Shown piece by piece: positions 10,537 through 20,097 of a stretch of DNA of 64,000 nucleotides. The stretch comes from an uncultured Desulfovibrio sp. (GTDB lineage: Bacteria; Desulfobacterota; Desulfovibrionia; Desulfovibrionales; Desulfovibrionaceae). The stretch is from positions 48,657-112,656 of the forward strand of contig CALVHF010000002.1 of NCBI GenBank assembly GCA_944327295.1, read 5' to 3'. Every line of letters starts with the position of its first letter. Position 1 is the stretch's first letter. The position numbers and the translations under genes are program-made. A model generated the notes under the pieces. That model did no database searches. It was not told the origin of the DNA and saw only the letters and a list, made by a program, of their open reading frames with translations.

Positions 10537-12675
10537 CTAGGACTGACGGCGCTTGAACAGGCGCTCTAGATCCGCGCCATCCCATCTCAGCACCGCAGGC
10601 CTGCCATGGGGGCAGTATTCCTTGTCCGGCACCTGCAGCCACTGCTGAATCAGGGACAGGGCCTCGTCCTGGGTGAGCTCCTGGCCTGCCTTGATGGCAG
10701 ACTTGCAGGACATGGAGGCAAAGCGGGTATTGAAATCATCCCGGCTTCCGGCAAGCACCTCGCGCAGGAATTCCTGGGCAGACGGGCGTTCCAGCAGCAC
10801 GGGGATGGCAGAAATAACAAGCCGTGCGCCCTGCAGGCTGCCCGAAAAGCCCAGAGAGGCCAGCATGTCCCTAGTCTCCAGCCAGCGCTGCGCCTCGGTA
10901 GGATGCAGGACGAGTTCCAGGGGCACGGCCAGCCCCTGCCCCTGCAGACCCTTTGTGCTCATTCTGGCGTAGAGCACTCGCTCATGGGCTGCGTGCTGAT
11001 CCAGGAGCAGCAGAGCGCCTGCGGCATCCCGCAGGACCAGGTAGGTCCGGGCTACCTGACCAAGATAGGTCATACCCGCCAGACGCACCTGACTCTCCGC
11101 AGAGGAGGCCGTTTTCACGCCAGAAGCCTCTGGAAAAGAGGTCGGCGGACGCCTTGCCGGCTCTGTGGCCAAGGATCCTGCGGGTGCATAACTCTTGGCA
11201 TTGTCCGGAAAGAGTCCTCGCGCAGGCAGGCCCTGCTGCACGGCTTCCGTCTTCTCGATGCCTTCAGAAACCACACAGGCCGCTGTGTCTGCAGCACCCC
11301 CTGTTCGGGTCCCTTCGTATCCGGCAGGATTCCAGTCGGCGAACGCTTCTGCCGGAGCAGGCTCTTCCCTGGCAGGGGCCTGCTCCTTGGCCTCACTGAT
11401 GTGCCACTCTATGTCCCCGGACTCCGTCTCTCGACCCTTGCCAAGGGGCATGGACGGCATGAGCGGCGCATCGGCCCTGCCCCAGAAGCCCATGGGCTTT
11501 GCCGCCTGCCCGGTCGGCAGATCCTGTCCGTTTCTGCTGCCCTCTTCATAGAGACGGGCAAAGGCCTGGGCTGTTTGCGATCGTTCACTGACTGTTTTTG
11601 CACCCATTCCAGCCTGCGTTGCACCGGCAGACAGCCCGTCCGTCCCGTCCGTGACCGGCGCCCTGTTCTGCCCTGCGGCCTCAAGGGCCGACTGCAGGGT
11701 CACAAGGATGGCCCTGAAGACGGCACTCTCGTCGCGGAAACGCACTTCGCTCTTGGCAGGATGCACATTCACATCCACATCCGCGGGATCCATTTCCAGA
11801 AAGAGCACTACCTGCGGATGATCCCTGCTTGTGATCTTGCCCTTGTAGGCCTCGCGAATGGCGGCAAAAATCTTCTTGTCGCTCACGCTGCGGCCGTTGA
11901 CAAAGAGAAGGATCCTGTTGCCTCTGGGCTGGCTCACCTGCGGCTGCGAGGTGTAGCCGTGCACGCGCATGCCCATGAGGCTCCGGTCAAAGGGAACAAG
12001 GTTTTCGGTCACAAGCCTGGGCCAGATCTGTTCAAGCCGTTCAAAAACGGTCTCCCCATGCAGAAAGTTGAGCAGCTCCCGTCCCCCGCTCTCAAGCCTG
12101 AAGGCCACATCCGGCCTAGCCAGGGCCAGTCGTGCCAGCCATTCCTGACAGTGCTTCACCTCCGTGGGCATGCCGCGCAAAAACTTCAGGCGGGCAGGCG
12201 TATTGGCAAAGAGATCGCGGATCTCCACAATGGTGCCCCTGTGCAGGGAGGCCGGCTGCACGGCAACAGTCTTGCCGAATTCAACATGCATGGACCAGGC
12301 CTCGTCCTCTCCGGCGCCAATGGAGGTCAGGGTGCAGCGGGAGACCGAGGCAACGCTGGGCAGGGCTTCGCCGCGAAAACCGTAGGAGTGGATGTTCTCA
12401 AGATCGGTGACCGCACGAATCTTGCTCGTGGCATGCCTCGTGAGCGCCAGTTCCAGATCCTCCCTGAGCATGCCCACGCCGTTGTCCTGCACGCGAATGA
12501 GCCCCTGTCCGCCATTTTCAAGGCACACGTCTATACGGGTACTCAGGGCATCCAGACTGTTTTCCACCAGTTCCTTGACGACACTTGCAGGGCGCTCCAC
12601 CACTTCCCCTGCGGCAATCTGATTGCACAGTTCGGGTGCAAGAAGCACAATACGGGGCAGAGTACTGCTGCTCAT
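10537..12675 (-). CDS. mutL: DNA mismatch repair endonuclease MutL
   Basis: NQIAAGEVVERPASVVKELVENSLDA, GFRGEAL, DVNVHPAK, DQHAAHERV, SCKSAIKAG and CPHGRP motifs. Start at MSSS, 12675. Confidence 0.97.
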   Translation of the reverse strand: MSSSTLPRIVLLAPELCNQIAAGEVVERPASVVKELVENSLDALSTRIDVCLENGGQGLIRVQDNGVGMLREDLELALTRHATSKIRAVTDLENIHSYGFRGEALPSVASVSRCTLTSIGAGEDEAWSMHVEFGKTVAVQPASLHRGTIVEIRDLFANTPARLKFLRGMPTEVKHCQEWLARLALARPDVAFRLESGGRELLNFLHGETVFERLEQIWPRLVTENLVPFDRSLMGMRVHGYTSQPQVSQPRGNRILLFVNGRSVSDKKIFAAIREAYKGKITSRDHPQVVLFLEMDPADVDVNVHPAKSEVRFRDESAVFRAILVTLQSALEAAGQNRAPVTDGTDGLSAGATQAGMGAKTVSERSQTAQAFARLYEEGSRNGQDLPTGQAAKPMGFWGRADAPLMPSMPLGKGRETESGDIEWHISEAKEQAPAREEPAPAEAFADWNPAGYEGTRTGGAADTAACVVSEGIEKTEAVQQGLPARGLFPDNAKSYAPAGSLATEPARRPPTSFPEASGVKTASSAESQVRLAGMTYLGQVARTYLVLRDAAGALLLLDQHAAHERVLYARMSTKGLQGQGLAVPLELVLHPTEAQRWLETRDMLASLGFSGSLQGARLVISAIPVLLERPSAQEFLREVLAGSRDDFNTRFASMSCKSAIKAGQELTQDEALSLIQQWLQVPDKEYCPHGRPAVLRWDGADLERLFKRRQS

Positions 12676-13047
12676 GAATAACCTCGGCAAAGATCCCGCT
12701 TGTTGAAATAAAAAGTTGCAAAAGCTCTTTTTGCAGCCATTTTCATGCGCTGCGTGACCAATGTACGGAAAAGACACAAACAGGGCAAGACAGGAGGGGC
12801 AAGAGCCCTGACACAGAGAGCAGGGCCGTGCAGCCCTGCGTATCCTGTCCTCTTGACTAATCTGTAAGTGTTTTTATAGAAAAAATTCGAGGAGGGTATA
12901 CTTGTGTACTTTGCGGCACAACGTACCTTCTCGAGACTTTGTCTTGACGGAATTTTCGCCGGACAGGCGGCAAACTTACTTCCGAAAGAGTCCTGCCGTA
13001 CCCCTTTCTTGTTCCATCCTGCAATCCATACAAGAAAATACACTGCC

Positions 13048-13371
13048 ATGCCCGATATAAAGAACAACAGAACATCCGATTTCATCACTGTAAGTACCAG
13101 CCACATTCCCCATCCCCTGTGCAAGGGCTATGACCCGGAAATGGTCTACGTGGAATGCGGCCGCTGTGGCGCGCCCATCATGTGGGAGCGGGGGAAGACC
13201 TCGGCCCTGTGCAGGGCTGCAGGCATTGACCCCCTGGAACTGGACCCGACCTGCATCCTTATCAGCGACGGATGCCCCGTGTGCAGCAAGCGCGGATCCT
13301 ACAACCTGCAGATTTGCCGCATCCGTCAGGCCTCTTCCTGCCTGACCCCGGTCACGCAGGGACATGCCTGA
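13048..13371 (+). CDS. Small hypothetical protein with two CxxC motifs (zinc-ribbon-like)
   Basis: 107 aa from ATG 13048, containing VECGRCG and DGCPVCS. Followed by a terminator-like hairpin. Confidence 0.65.
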   Translation: MPDIKNNRTSDFITVSTSHIPHPLCKGYDPEMVYVECGRCGAPIMWERGKTSALCRAAGIDPLELDPTCILISDGCPVCSKRGSYNLQICRIRQASSCLTPVTQGHA

Positions 13372-13415
13372 TTCGGGGCCTTATCCCCTGACCGAGACAG
13401 GAACATGCAACAAGG

Positions 13416-13458
13416 GAGGACAGACGAGGCACAGACCTTCGTCTGTCCTCTTTTCTTT
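13416..13458. terminator. Hairpin between the convergent zinc-ribbon gene and the TauE pseudogene
   Basis: GAGGACAGACGA (13416-13427) / TCGTCTGTCCTC (13439-13450), then TTTTCTTT. Confidence 0.65.
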
Positions 13459-13510
13459 GCACCGGTTCATTTCTGGCACGCCAAAGGGCACATGCCCATA
13501 CTGTTTTGAC

Positions 13511-14241
13511 TCAGGCAAGTCCCTTGTACAGACACAGGCAGCCGGCAAAAACGATGATGATTTTGATAATGCACCGAAAGAAGGCCACATTGATGCGCCT
13601 GACCAGGGGCACGGAGAGGTAGAAGCCCAGCAGGGAAACAGGCAGGCACCACAGGGCATAGGTCAGGATCTGATCGGTATAGAGCCCGGCACTCCACTGT
13701 ACCGAACAGCTCACAATGGAACGCAGAAAGAAAAAGAGACTGGTGGTGCCAAGAAAGAGCTGCGGATTTCACCCTGCAAGAAGGCCGTATATGGCAACCA
13801 CAGGTCCGTCTATGGTCACGCAGGTGCCCGTAAAGCCGCCAGAAAGCCGGCAAGCAGGGAGCAGGCCGTCCGCTCCCGTATCTGCAGTCTGTTCTGGAAA
13901 AACTGCATGCCTGCCACACAGAAGATGATGAGCGCACCTATGCCCAGTTCCAGAACCTGTTCGGCAACGCTCTGCAGGACCTGCACTCCTATCAGGGCTC
14001 CGGGCACAGCCCCCAGGGCCATCCACAACACGGTGTGCCTCTGGCAGTATTTCATGTACTGCAAGGCCATGGCACAGGTCAGACCAAGGGCTGTCAGGCA
14101 GGAAATCATGGCAACTGTCTGGACAGGAAGAACCAGTATCATGAAGGACATGGCAATTATCGCTGCTCCAAGCCCGCATAACCCGCAGATAAAAGACCCC
14201 AAAAAACATGCCAGCATTGATATGAGAAGTTCTGTTTCCAT
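13511..14241 (-). pseudogene. Sulfite exporter TauE/SafE family, disrupted by a 1-nt frameshift and an in-frame stop
   Basis: The N-terminal frame METELLISMLACFLGSFICGLCGLGAAIIAM breaks near 13841. A second frame continues GGFTGTCVTIDGPVVAIYGLLAG to TGA (13769-13771), then reads in frame to YKGLA*. The restored length is about 243 codons. Confidence 0.8.
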
Positions 14242-14546
14242 GTTCCGGTCAGGATGCATTCCAATACTTTGTTTACATTACGGATAAGTTATTTTTACAA
14301 ATCATTTACACATTGAATTTTACGAATAGTAGCCCTTCTGTTCCATGTCTGGGAGCAGTTCGGACTCTGTTCACTGTATCAGCAGATTCAATAATTAACA
14401 ATGCAAAAAATGAAAATAGAAAACCATGTTACAATCAAAATTTTATAAGATTTTACGCACAGAGTACTATATAAAATGAACTGTTGTCTTTATAAAAATT
14501 TTTCTCTGCAGCCTCTTTGCATTGTCAATGACATTCAACTTTTTCC

Positions 14547-14575
14547 TTGACAATCCTTTACTTTTTCTGTAGAGG
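14547..14575 (+). promoter_or_regulatory. Candidate sigma70 promoter of rpsA
   Basis: TTGACA (14547-14552), a 17-nt spacer, then a weak -10 (TAGAGG), in an AT-rich intergenic region. Confidence 0.35.
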
Positions 14576-14629
14576 CCACAAATTGGTCTTTACACAAGGC
14601 CAGAATTTTTGTTTGGAGGCCGGCGTAGT

Positions 14630-16354
14630 ATGGCAATGCAGGAAGCAGGAAAAGATACCGAAACCACGGATTTCGGTTCTGTCCTCGAAGACTATCTAAC
14701 CCCTGACTTTGGCGATCTGGAAGAAGGTACCCTCGTCAAAGGCGAAGTCGTCCGGGTTGGCGACGACAACGTTCTGGTGGATGTCAACTTCAAGTCTGAA
14801 GGTCAGATTCCAACCAGCGAATTTCTTGACAGCAACGGCAATGTGACTGTCAAGGTAGGCGACAAGATTGATGTGTACGTTGTGCGCAAGAACGAAATGG
14901 AAGGCAGCATCACCCTTTCCTTCGAGAAGGCCAAGCGTATGCAGATCTTCGACCAGCTCGAAGACGTCCAGGAACACAACAAGACCATCAGTGGCCGCAT
15001 CACCCGCCGCATCAAGGGTGGCTACACGGTGGACATCGGTGGCGTGGAAGCCTTCCTGCCCGGTTCGCATGTGGATCTGCGTCCTGTCCCGGACATGGAT
15101 GCCCTTGTGAATCAGGACTTTGAATTCCGTGTTCTCAAGATCAACCGCCGTCGCAGCAATGTCATAGTTTCCCGCCGCATCCTTCTTGAAGAAGAGCGTG
15201 ACAGCAAGCGCAAGAAGCTGCTCGAAACCCTCGAAGAGGGCCAGATTGTCACCGGCAAGGCCAAGAACATCACCGAATACGGTGTCTTTGTCGACCTGGG
15301 TGGTCTGGATGGTCTTCTGCACATCACCGACATGAGCTGGAAGCGCATCCGCCATCCCAAGGAAATGGTCACCCTGGGCATGGACCTGACCCTGAAGGTT
15401 CTGTCCTTCGACCGCGAACACTGCAAGGTCTCCCTGGGTCTCAAGCAGCTTGTGCCCGATCCGTGGGAAAACATCGCTGCCCGCTTCCCCGTGGGCACCA
15501 AGGTACACGGCAAGGTCTCCAACCTTGTTGACTACGGTGCCTTTGTTGAGCTCGAACCCGGCGTCGAGGGTCTTGTGCACATCTCCGAGATTTCCTGGAC
15601 CCGCAAACTGCGCCATCCTTCCCAGCTCGTGCACACAGGCGACGAAGTGGAAGTTGTCATCCTCGGTGTGGATGCAGACAAGAAGCGCATCAGCCTGGGC
15701 ATGAAGCAGGTGCATCCCAATCCTTGGGAACTGGTTGCCGAAAAGTATCCTGAAGGCACCATCCTTGAAGGCTGCATCAAGAACATCACCGAATTCGGCA
15801 TGTTCATCGGCATTGAGGACGGCATCGACGGCCTCATTCATGTCTCCGACATTTCCTGGACCAAGAAGATCCGTCATCCCAACGAATTCTACAAGGTCGG
15901 CGACACCGTGCAGGCCAAGGTGCTCACCGTGGACCAGGAAAACGAAAAGTTCACCCTGGGCATCAAGCAGCTTGTGGAAGACCCCTGGGCTCATGTGCCG
16001 GATACCTACCCCGTGGGCTGTACTGTCAAGGGTATTGTCACCAATATCACCGACTTCGGACTGTTTGTGGAAGTGGAAGAGGGCGTTGAAGGCCTGATCC
16101 ACGTGTCCGAACTCGGTCTGGGCAAGAAGGGCAAGACTCCTGCCGAACTGTTCAAGGACGGCCAGGAAATCGAAGCCAAGGTCATCCATGTCAGCGCCGA
16201 GGAACGCCGCCTGGGCCTCTCCCTCAAGCAGATTCATCCCCGCGAAGAGGAAAAGAGCAAGGACTACCATGCTGGTCCTGCAGAAGCCGGTTCCCAGAAC
16301 CTGGGCGACCTTCTGAAGCAGAAGCTCTCCGAAGCCGAAGCCAAGGAAGACTAG
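14630..16354 (+). CDS. rpsA: 30S ribosomal protein S1
   Basis: Six S1 repeats (for example NITEYGVFVDLGGLDGLLHITDMSW). A GGAGG RBS lies upstream of ATG 14630. Confidence 0.97.
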   Translation: MAMQEAGKDTETTDFGSVLEDYLTPDFGDLEEGTLVKGEVVRVGDDNVLVDVNFKSEGQIPTSEFLDSNGNVTVKVGDKIDVYVVRKNEMEGSITLSFEKAKRMQIFDQLEDVQEHNKTISGRITRRIKGGYTVDIGGVEAFLPGSHVDLRPVPDMDALVNQDFEFRVLKINRRRSNVIVSRRILLEEERDSKRKKLLETLEEGQIVTGKAKNITEYGVFVDLGGLDGLLHITDMSWKRIRHPKEMVTLGMDLTLKVLSFDREHCKVSLGLKQLVPDPWENIAARFPVGTKVHGKVSNLVDYGAFVELEPGVEGLVHISEISWTRKLRHPSQLVHTGDEVEVVILGVDADKKRISLGMKQVHPNPWELVAEKYPEGTILEGCIKNITEFGMFIGIEDGIDGLIHVSDISWTKKIRHPNEFYKVGDTVQAKVLTVDQENEKFTLGIKQLVEDPWAHVPDTYPVGCTVKGIVTNITDFGLFVEVEEGVEGLIHVSELGLGKKGKTPAELFKDGQEIEAKVIHVSAEERRLGLSLKQIHPREEEKSKDYHAGPAEAGSQNLGDLLKQKLSEAEAKED

Positions 16355-16395
16355 TTCTGTCTCTGAGCCTTTGCATTGAGGCTTGAATATACGTT

Positions 16396-16440
16396 AAGAC
16401 AGGGAAGAGAGACTTTTCTCTCTTCCCTGTCTTCTTTTTT
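16396..16440. terminator. Intrinsic terminator between rpsA and the convergent sppA
   Basis: Perfect 17-bp stem AAGACAGGGAAGAGAGA / TCTCTCTTCCCTGTCTT with a 4-nt loop, then CTTTTTT. Confidence 0.85.
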
Positions 16441-16498
16441 GTCCGCACACTGTCCCCGCCGTCAGGCGTACTGGGCCTGTGCCCCTGTGCCGGTGTCC

Positions 16499-17521
16499 CT
16501 ACCACTGAAACAGAAAGGCCGGCTGCTGCTCTTCAGCGGCCGTGTGCCGCATCTCGGCAGCACCAGCCTCAAGCATGGCCGACAGCTGTCTCTGCAGCCA
16601 GGGACCGTCCTCGGGCCTGCGCACAAGGCGCTTTCCCCTGTCCACACCGGTCTGTGCACAGAGCCAGTCCAGGGCGGCATCCATGCCGCCTATCTCGTCC
16701 ACAAGGCCTCGTGCCACAGCATCCCTGCCCGTGAAGATGCGACCGTCTGCGAGCTTTGCAGCCTCTTCCTTTGGCATGTTGCGCCCCCTGGCCACAATCT
16801 CCACAAACTGGGTGTGCATATCCTGCAGGACTCCTTCAAAATAGGCACGCTCCGTAGCCGAGAGCGGACGCAGGGGAGACCCCGCATCCTTATAGGGCGC
16901 GGTCGTCAGCGTTTCCTTGCCAAGACCCAGGGTTTCCATGAGTTTCTGCACCTGGGGAATGTCCATGCGCACACCTATGGAGCCTGTCACAGTAGACGCA
17001 TTGGCAAAGACTCTCTGCCCTGCCATGCTCACCATAAGGCCGCCCGAGGCAGCGACACTGCCCATGGACACGGCCACAGGCTTTTCTTTGGCAAGAACGC
17101 ACAGGGCGTTGTAGAGTTCCTGCGAGGCTGCTGCACCGCCTCCGGGAGAATCAACGCGCACAAGCACACCCTTGATATTTTCTTCCCTGGCCAGCCGATC
17201 AACCCAGGCAAGCTCCTTGCTCACGTCCATGATGGCGCCCTTGACGCTTACAAGACCCAGGGCCGGTTCTCCGTCAAGAGCGTCCCCGTCTTTCAGGATG
17301 GTTCCCATGATCGAGCCTGCCAAGGCAAGGACCACAAGAATGCCTGCGATCCACAGGACAGGATGCCTTTTGCGGAAGGGCGGACGCAGGATATCCTTCC
17401 AGACAGAGGCCGGTATCTGGGCGAGCGGACAGCCAGGTTGTGCTGTCCGGCCCGGATCGTGTTCCTTTCGAAACGTGAAGTCCTTCCCGGCTTCCCCGTT
17501 CTTTTCGCTTGTTTCGTTCAT
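16499..17521 (-). CDS. sppA: Signal peptide peptidase SppA (S49)
   Basis: One TM helix, then RVDSPGGG, KPVAVSMGSVAASGG, TGSIGV and DGRIFTG. Start at MNETSEK, 17521, after an AGAGG RBS. Confidence 0.92.
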   Translation of the reverse strand: MNETSEKNGEAGKDFTFRKEHDPGRTAQPGCPLAQIPASVWKDILRPPFRKRHPVLWIAGILVVLALAGSIMGTILKDGDALDGEPALGLVSVKGAIMDVSKELAWVDRLAREENIKGVLVRVDSPGGGAAASQELYNALCVLAKEKPVAVSMGSVAASGGLMVSMAGQRVFANASTVTGSIGVRMDIPQVQKLMETLGLGKETLTTAPYKDAGSPLRPLSATERAYFEGVLQDMHTQFVEIVARGRNMPKEEAAKLADGRIFTGRDAVARGLVDEIGGMDAALDWLCAQTGVDRGKRLVRRPEDGPWLQRQLSAMLEAGAAEMRHTAAEEQQPAFLFQW

Positions 17522-17633
17522 ATTTTCCTCTCTTCTCTGCATGAAGCCTGTTCTGCCCGGAGCACTTGTCACAGGGACAGGACAAGGCCTCTTCTGCCGG
17601 AGCCGACCTGGTTCCGGGGCACAGGAGCCAGCC

Positions 17634-20078
17634 ATGACCACTACTCTCCAGACGTCTCCCCCCGCAAAGAAACAGCCCCTGCAGCGCCTCAGGCTCACGG
17701 CCCGAGGACAAGTGCAGGGGGTCGGTTTCAGACCCTTCATCTTCCGTCTGGCCAGGGATCTGCAGCTGACAGGATCCGTGGGCAATACGAGCGATGGCGT
17801 GCATATAGAGATCCAGGGAACGGAAGAGCATGTCCGACGCTTTCCGGAACTGCTGCGCAGCACCCTGCCCCCTCTGGCCCGGCTCACGGGGCTTGAGACG
17901 GAGCCCCTGCCGGTGCGGGACGAGGAGACGGAATTTCAAATCGTGCTGAGCCACGGCCAGCACGGGCACCATGTGCTCATCAGTCCGGATGTGGGCATTT
18001 GTGACGACTGTTTAGCCGATATGCACGATCCCCACAATAGGCGCTTTCAATACCCGTTCACCAATTGCACCAATTGTGGCCCGCGATACACCATTACCCG
18101 TTCCATTCCCTATGACCGTCCAGTGACCTCCATGGCCTGCTTTCCTCTGTGCCTAGACTGTGCGGAGGAATACGGCGATCCTCTCGACCGCCGCTTTCAT
18201 GCCCAGCCCATTGCCTGTCCCGTGTGCGGCCCGCATCTGTGGTTTGTGGATACTGGCGATCTGGCCCGCAAGACGACAGCGTGCACGGCACTGACACAAT
18301 CCTCTGCCCTGCAGAGGACCGTGCAGTCTCTTCTCGACGGCAGAATCGTTGCCCTGAGGGGGCTTGGCGGCTTTCAGCTGGCCTGCGATGCCCGCAACGA
18401 ACACAGTGTCGCGCTGCTGCGCACCCGCAAGCACCGCCCGCACAAGTCCTTTGCCCTCATGGCTCGGGACATGGCCACAGTCCGACTCTTCTGCCATGTC
18501 AGCGCCGAAGAGGAAGCGCTCATGACCGCACCGGCAAGGCCCGCCATGGTACTTTGCTGCAAAAAGAAACAGGAATTACCTCTTGTTGCGCCGGATATCA
18601 ACACGCTCGCCTTCATGCTGCCCACAACACCCCTGCATGTGGTGCTTCTTGATCTGCTTTATGAACACTGCCAGCGCCTGGGGCGTCCTGCGCCCGTTCT
18701 GGTCATGACCTCGGGCAACGACAGCGGCGATCCCATCTGCCTTGGCAACAGGGAAGCCCTGAGCCGTCTTGCCCGCTCGGCAGACTGCTTTCTCCTGCAT
18801 GACAGGGATATTCTCTGCCGTGTGGACGACAGTGTCGTGCTCTGCGACACAGCACAAGGGGAACCGGCTCCGCTTTTTCTGCGCAGGGCCAGAGGCTATG
18901 TGCCGTCCCCCATTGATCTCGGCCTTGAATCCGACTGCTGCGTGCTGGGCACAGGGGCTGACCTCAAGGCTACCTGCTGCCTGACCAGAGGCAGCAATGC
19001 CTTTGTCGGCCAGCACACGGGCGATCTGGAACATCCGGCCACTGCAGCCTTTTACGAGGAAATTGTCCGTCACCTCTCCTCTCTTCTCGAAGTGACGCCG
19101 CAACTTGTGGTGACCGATCTGCATCCGGACTTCTATTCCAGCCGGGCCGGTGACCGGATTGCCAAGGAACACCATCTGCCCCTGATTCGTCTGCAGCACC
19201 ATGCGGCCCATGCCGCTGCCGTGCTGGCCGAACACAGACATGAAGAGCCCGCCCTGGCCCTGATCCTGGACGGCTTTGGCCTTGGCTGCGACAAGACCGT
19301 CTGGGGAGGAGAACTCTTGCGCATGCACCTTGGGGCGGCCCGCTGGGAACGGACAGGCCATCTGGCTCCCTTCCCCCTGCCTGGCGGTGACGCAGCAACA
19401 AAGGCCCCCTGGCGCATTGCTCTGGGGCTTGCCTGTTCCAGTGCCGCTCACAGGCAGTTCTGGGAGCAGAGACAGGGAGCAGAGGCCGGCATTGCGGCCC
19501 AGATGATCGAGCGCAACCTCAACACTCCGCTGACCTCCAGCTGCGGCCGACTCTTTGATGCCGTTTCTGCCCAGCTGGGCCTGTGCCACACCATTTCCTA
19601 CGAAGGGCAGGCAGCCATCCGTCTGGAAGCCTGCGCCCTGCAGAGCGTGGGCAGAACTGCTTCCCTAAAGGAACAGGTACTGGCACTGACAGGAGATCTG
19701 CCTGCTCTGCCGGCCGAAAGCCTGTGCATGCAGACGAACGCTTCCTTGCTTGTCGGCAGCCAAGCACTCTTTGCCCGCGTTCTCAGGCTGCAGGGTCTGG
19801 GGCTTGATCAGAGCCTCATTGCCCTGGATTTCCACTGGCAACTGGCCCGGGGCCTCTCGGATCTTGCCGCACGGGCCAGACGGGAGGAAAACGTCGTGGC
19901 CCTGGGCGGAGGTGTCCTCAACAATACCCTGCTGCGCGGCCTGCTCTGCCCGCTGCTGCAGGAGCAGGGCTTTCGTGTTCTGCTGCCCCGCCTCCTCCCT
20001 CCGGGAGACGGCGGCCTGAGCCTTGGTCAGGCGGTCTGGGGCCTCATGGTGCACAGACTGGGACGTGTGCACTCCTGA
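17634..20078 (+). CDS. hypF: Hydrogenase maturation carbamoyltransferase HypF
   Basis: Acylphosphatase GQVQGVGFRPF, zinc fingers CTNCGPRY and CPVCGP, QHHAAH, TSSCGRLFDA and GDGGLSLGQA. Confidence 0.96.
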   Translation: MTTTLQTSPPAKKQPLQRLRLTARGQVQGVGFRPFIFRLARDLQLTGSVGNTSDGVHIEIQGTEEHVRRFPELLRSTLPPLARLTGLETEPLPVRDEETEFQIVLSHGQHGHHVLISPDVGICDDCLADMHDPHNRRFQYPFTNCTNCGPRYTITRSIPYDRPVTSMACFPLCLDCAEEYGDPLDRRFHAQPIACPVCGPHLWFVDTGDLARKTTACTALTQSSALQRTVQSLLDGRIVALRGLGGFQLACDARNEHSVALLRTRKHRPHKSFALMARDMATVRLFCHVSAEEEALMTAPARPAMVLCCKKKQELPLVAPDINTLAFMLPTTPLHVVLLDLLYEHCQRLGRPAPVLVMTSGNDSGDPICLGNREALSRLARSADCFLLHDRDILCRVDDSVVLCDTAQGEPAPLFLRRARGYVPSPIDLGLESDCCVLGTGADLKATCCLTRGSNAFVGQHTGDLEHPATAAFYEEIVRHLSSLLEVTPQLVVTDLHPDFYSSRAGDRIAKEHHLPLIRLQHHAAHAAAVLAEHRHEEPALALILDGFGLGCDKTVWGGELLRMHLGAARWERTGHLAPFPLPGGDAATKAPWRIALGLACSSAAHRQFWEQRQGAEAGIAAQMIERNLNTPLTSSCGRLFDAVSAQLGLCHTISYEGQAAIRLEACALQSVGRTASLKEQVLALTGDLPALPAESLCMQTNASLLVGSQALFARVLRLQGLGLDQSLIALDFHWQLARGLSDLAARARREENVVALGGGVLNNTLLRGLLCPLLQEQGFRVLLPRLLPPGDGGLSLGQAVWGLMVHRLGRVHS

Positions 20079-20097
20079 ACCGGAACGCTCCGTCTGC

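Noticed and set aside
13769-13771. In-frame TGA in TauE as possible selenocysteine or readthrough
   Set aside because: The gene also has a frameshift, the context (LLAG-stop) fits a lost Trp, and no SECIS-like hairpin was recognised.
14352-14363. GGAGCAGTTCGG, matching the tRNA-fMet D arm
   Set aside because: The flanks do not fold into a tRNA. Consistent with chance.
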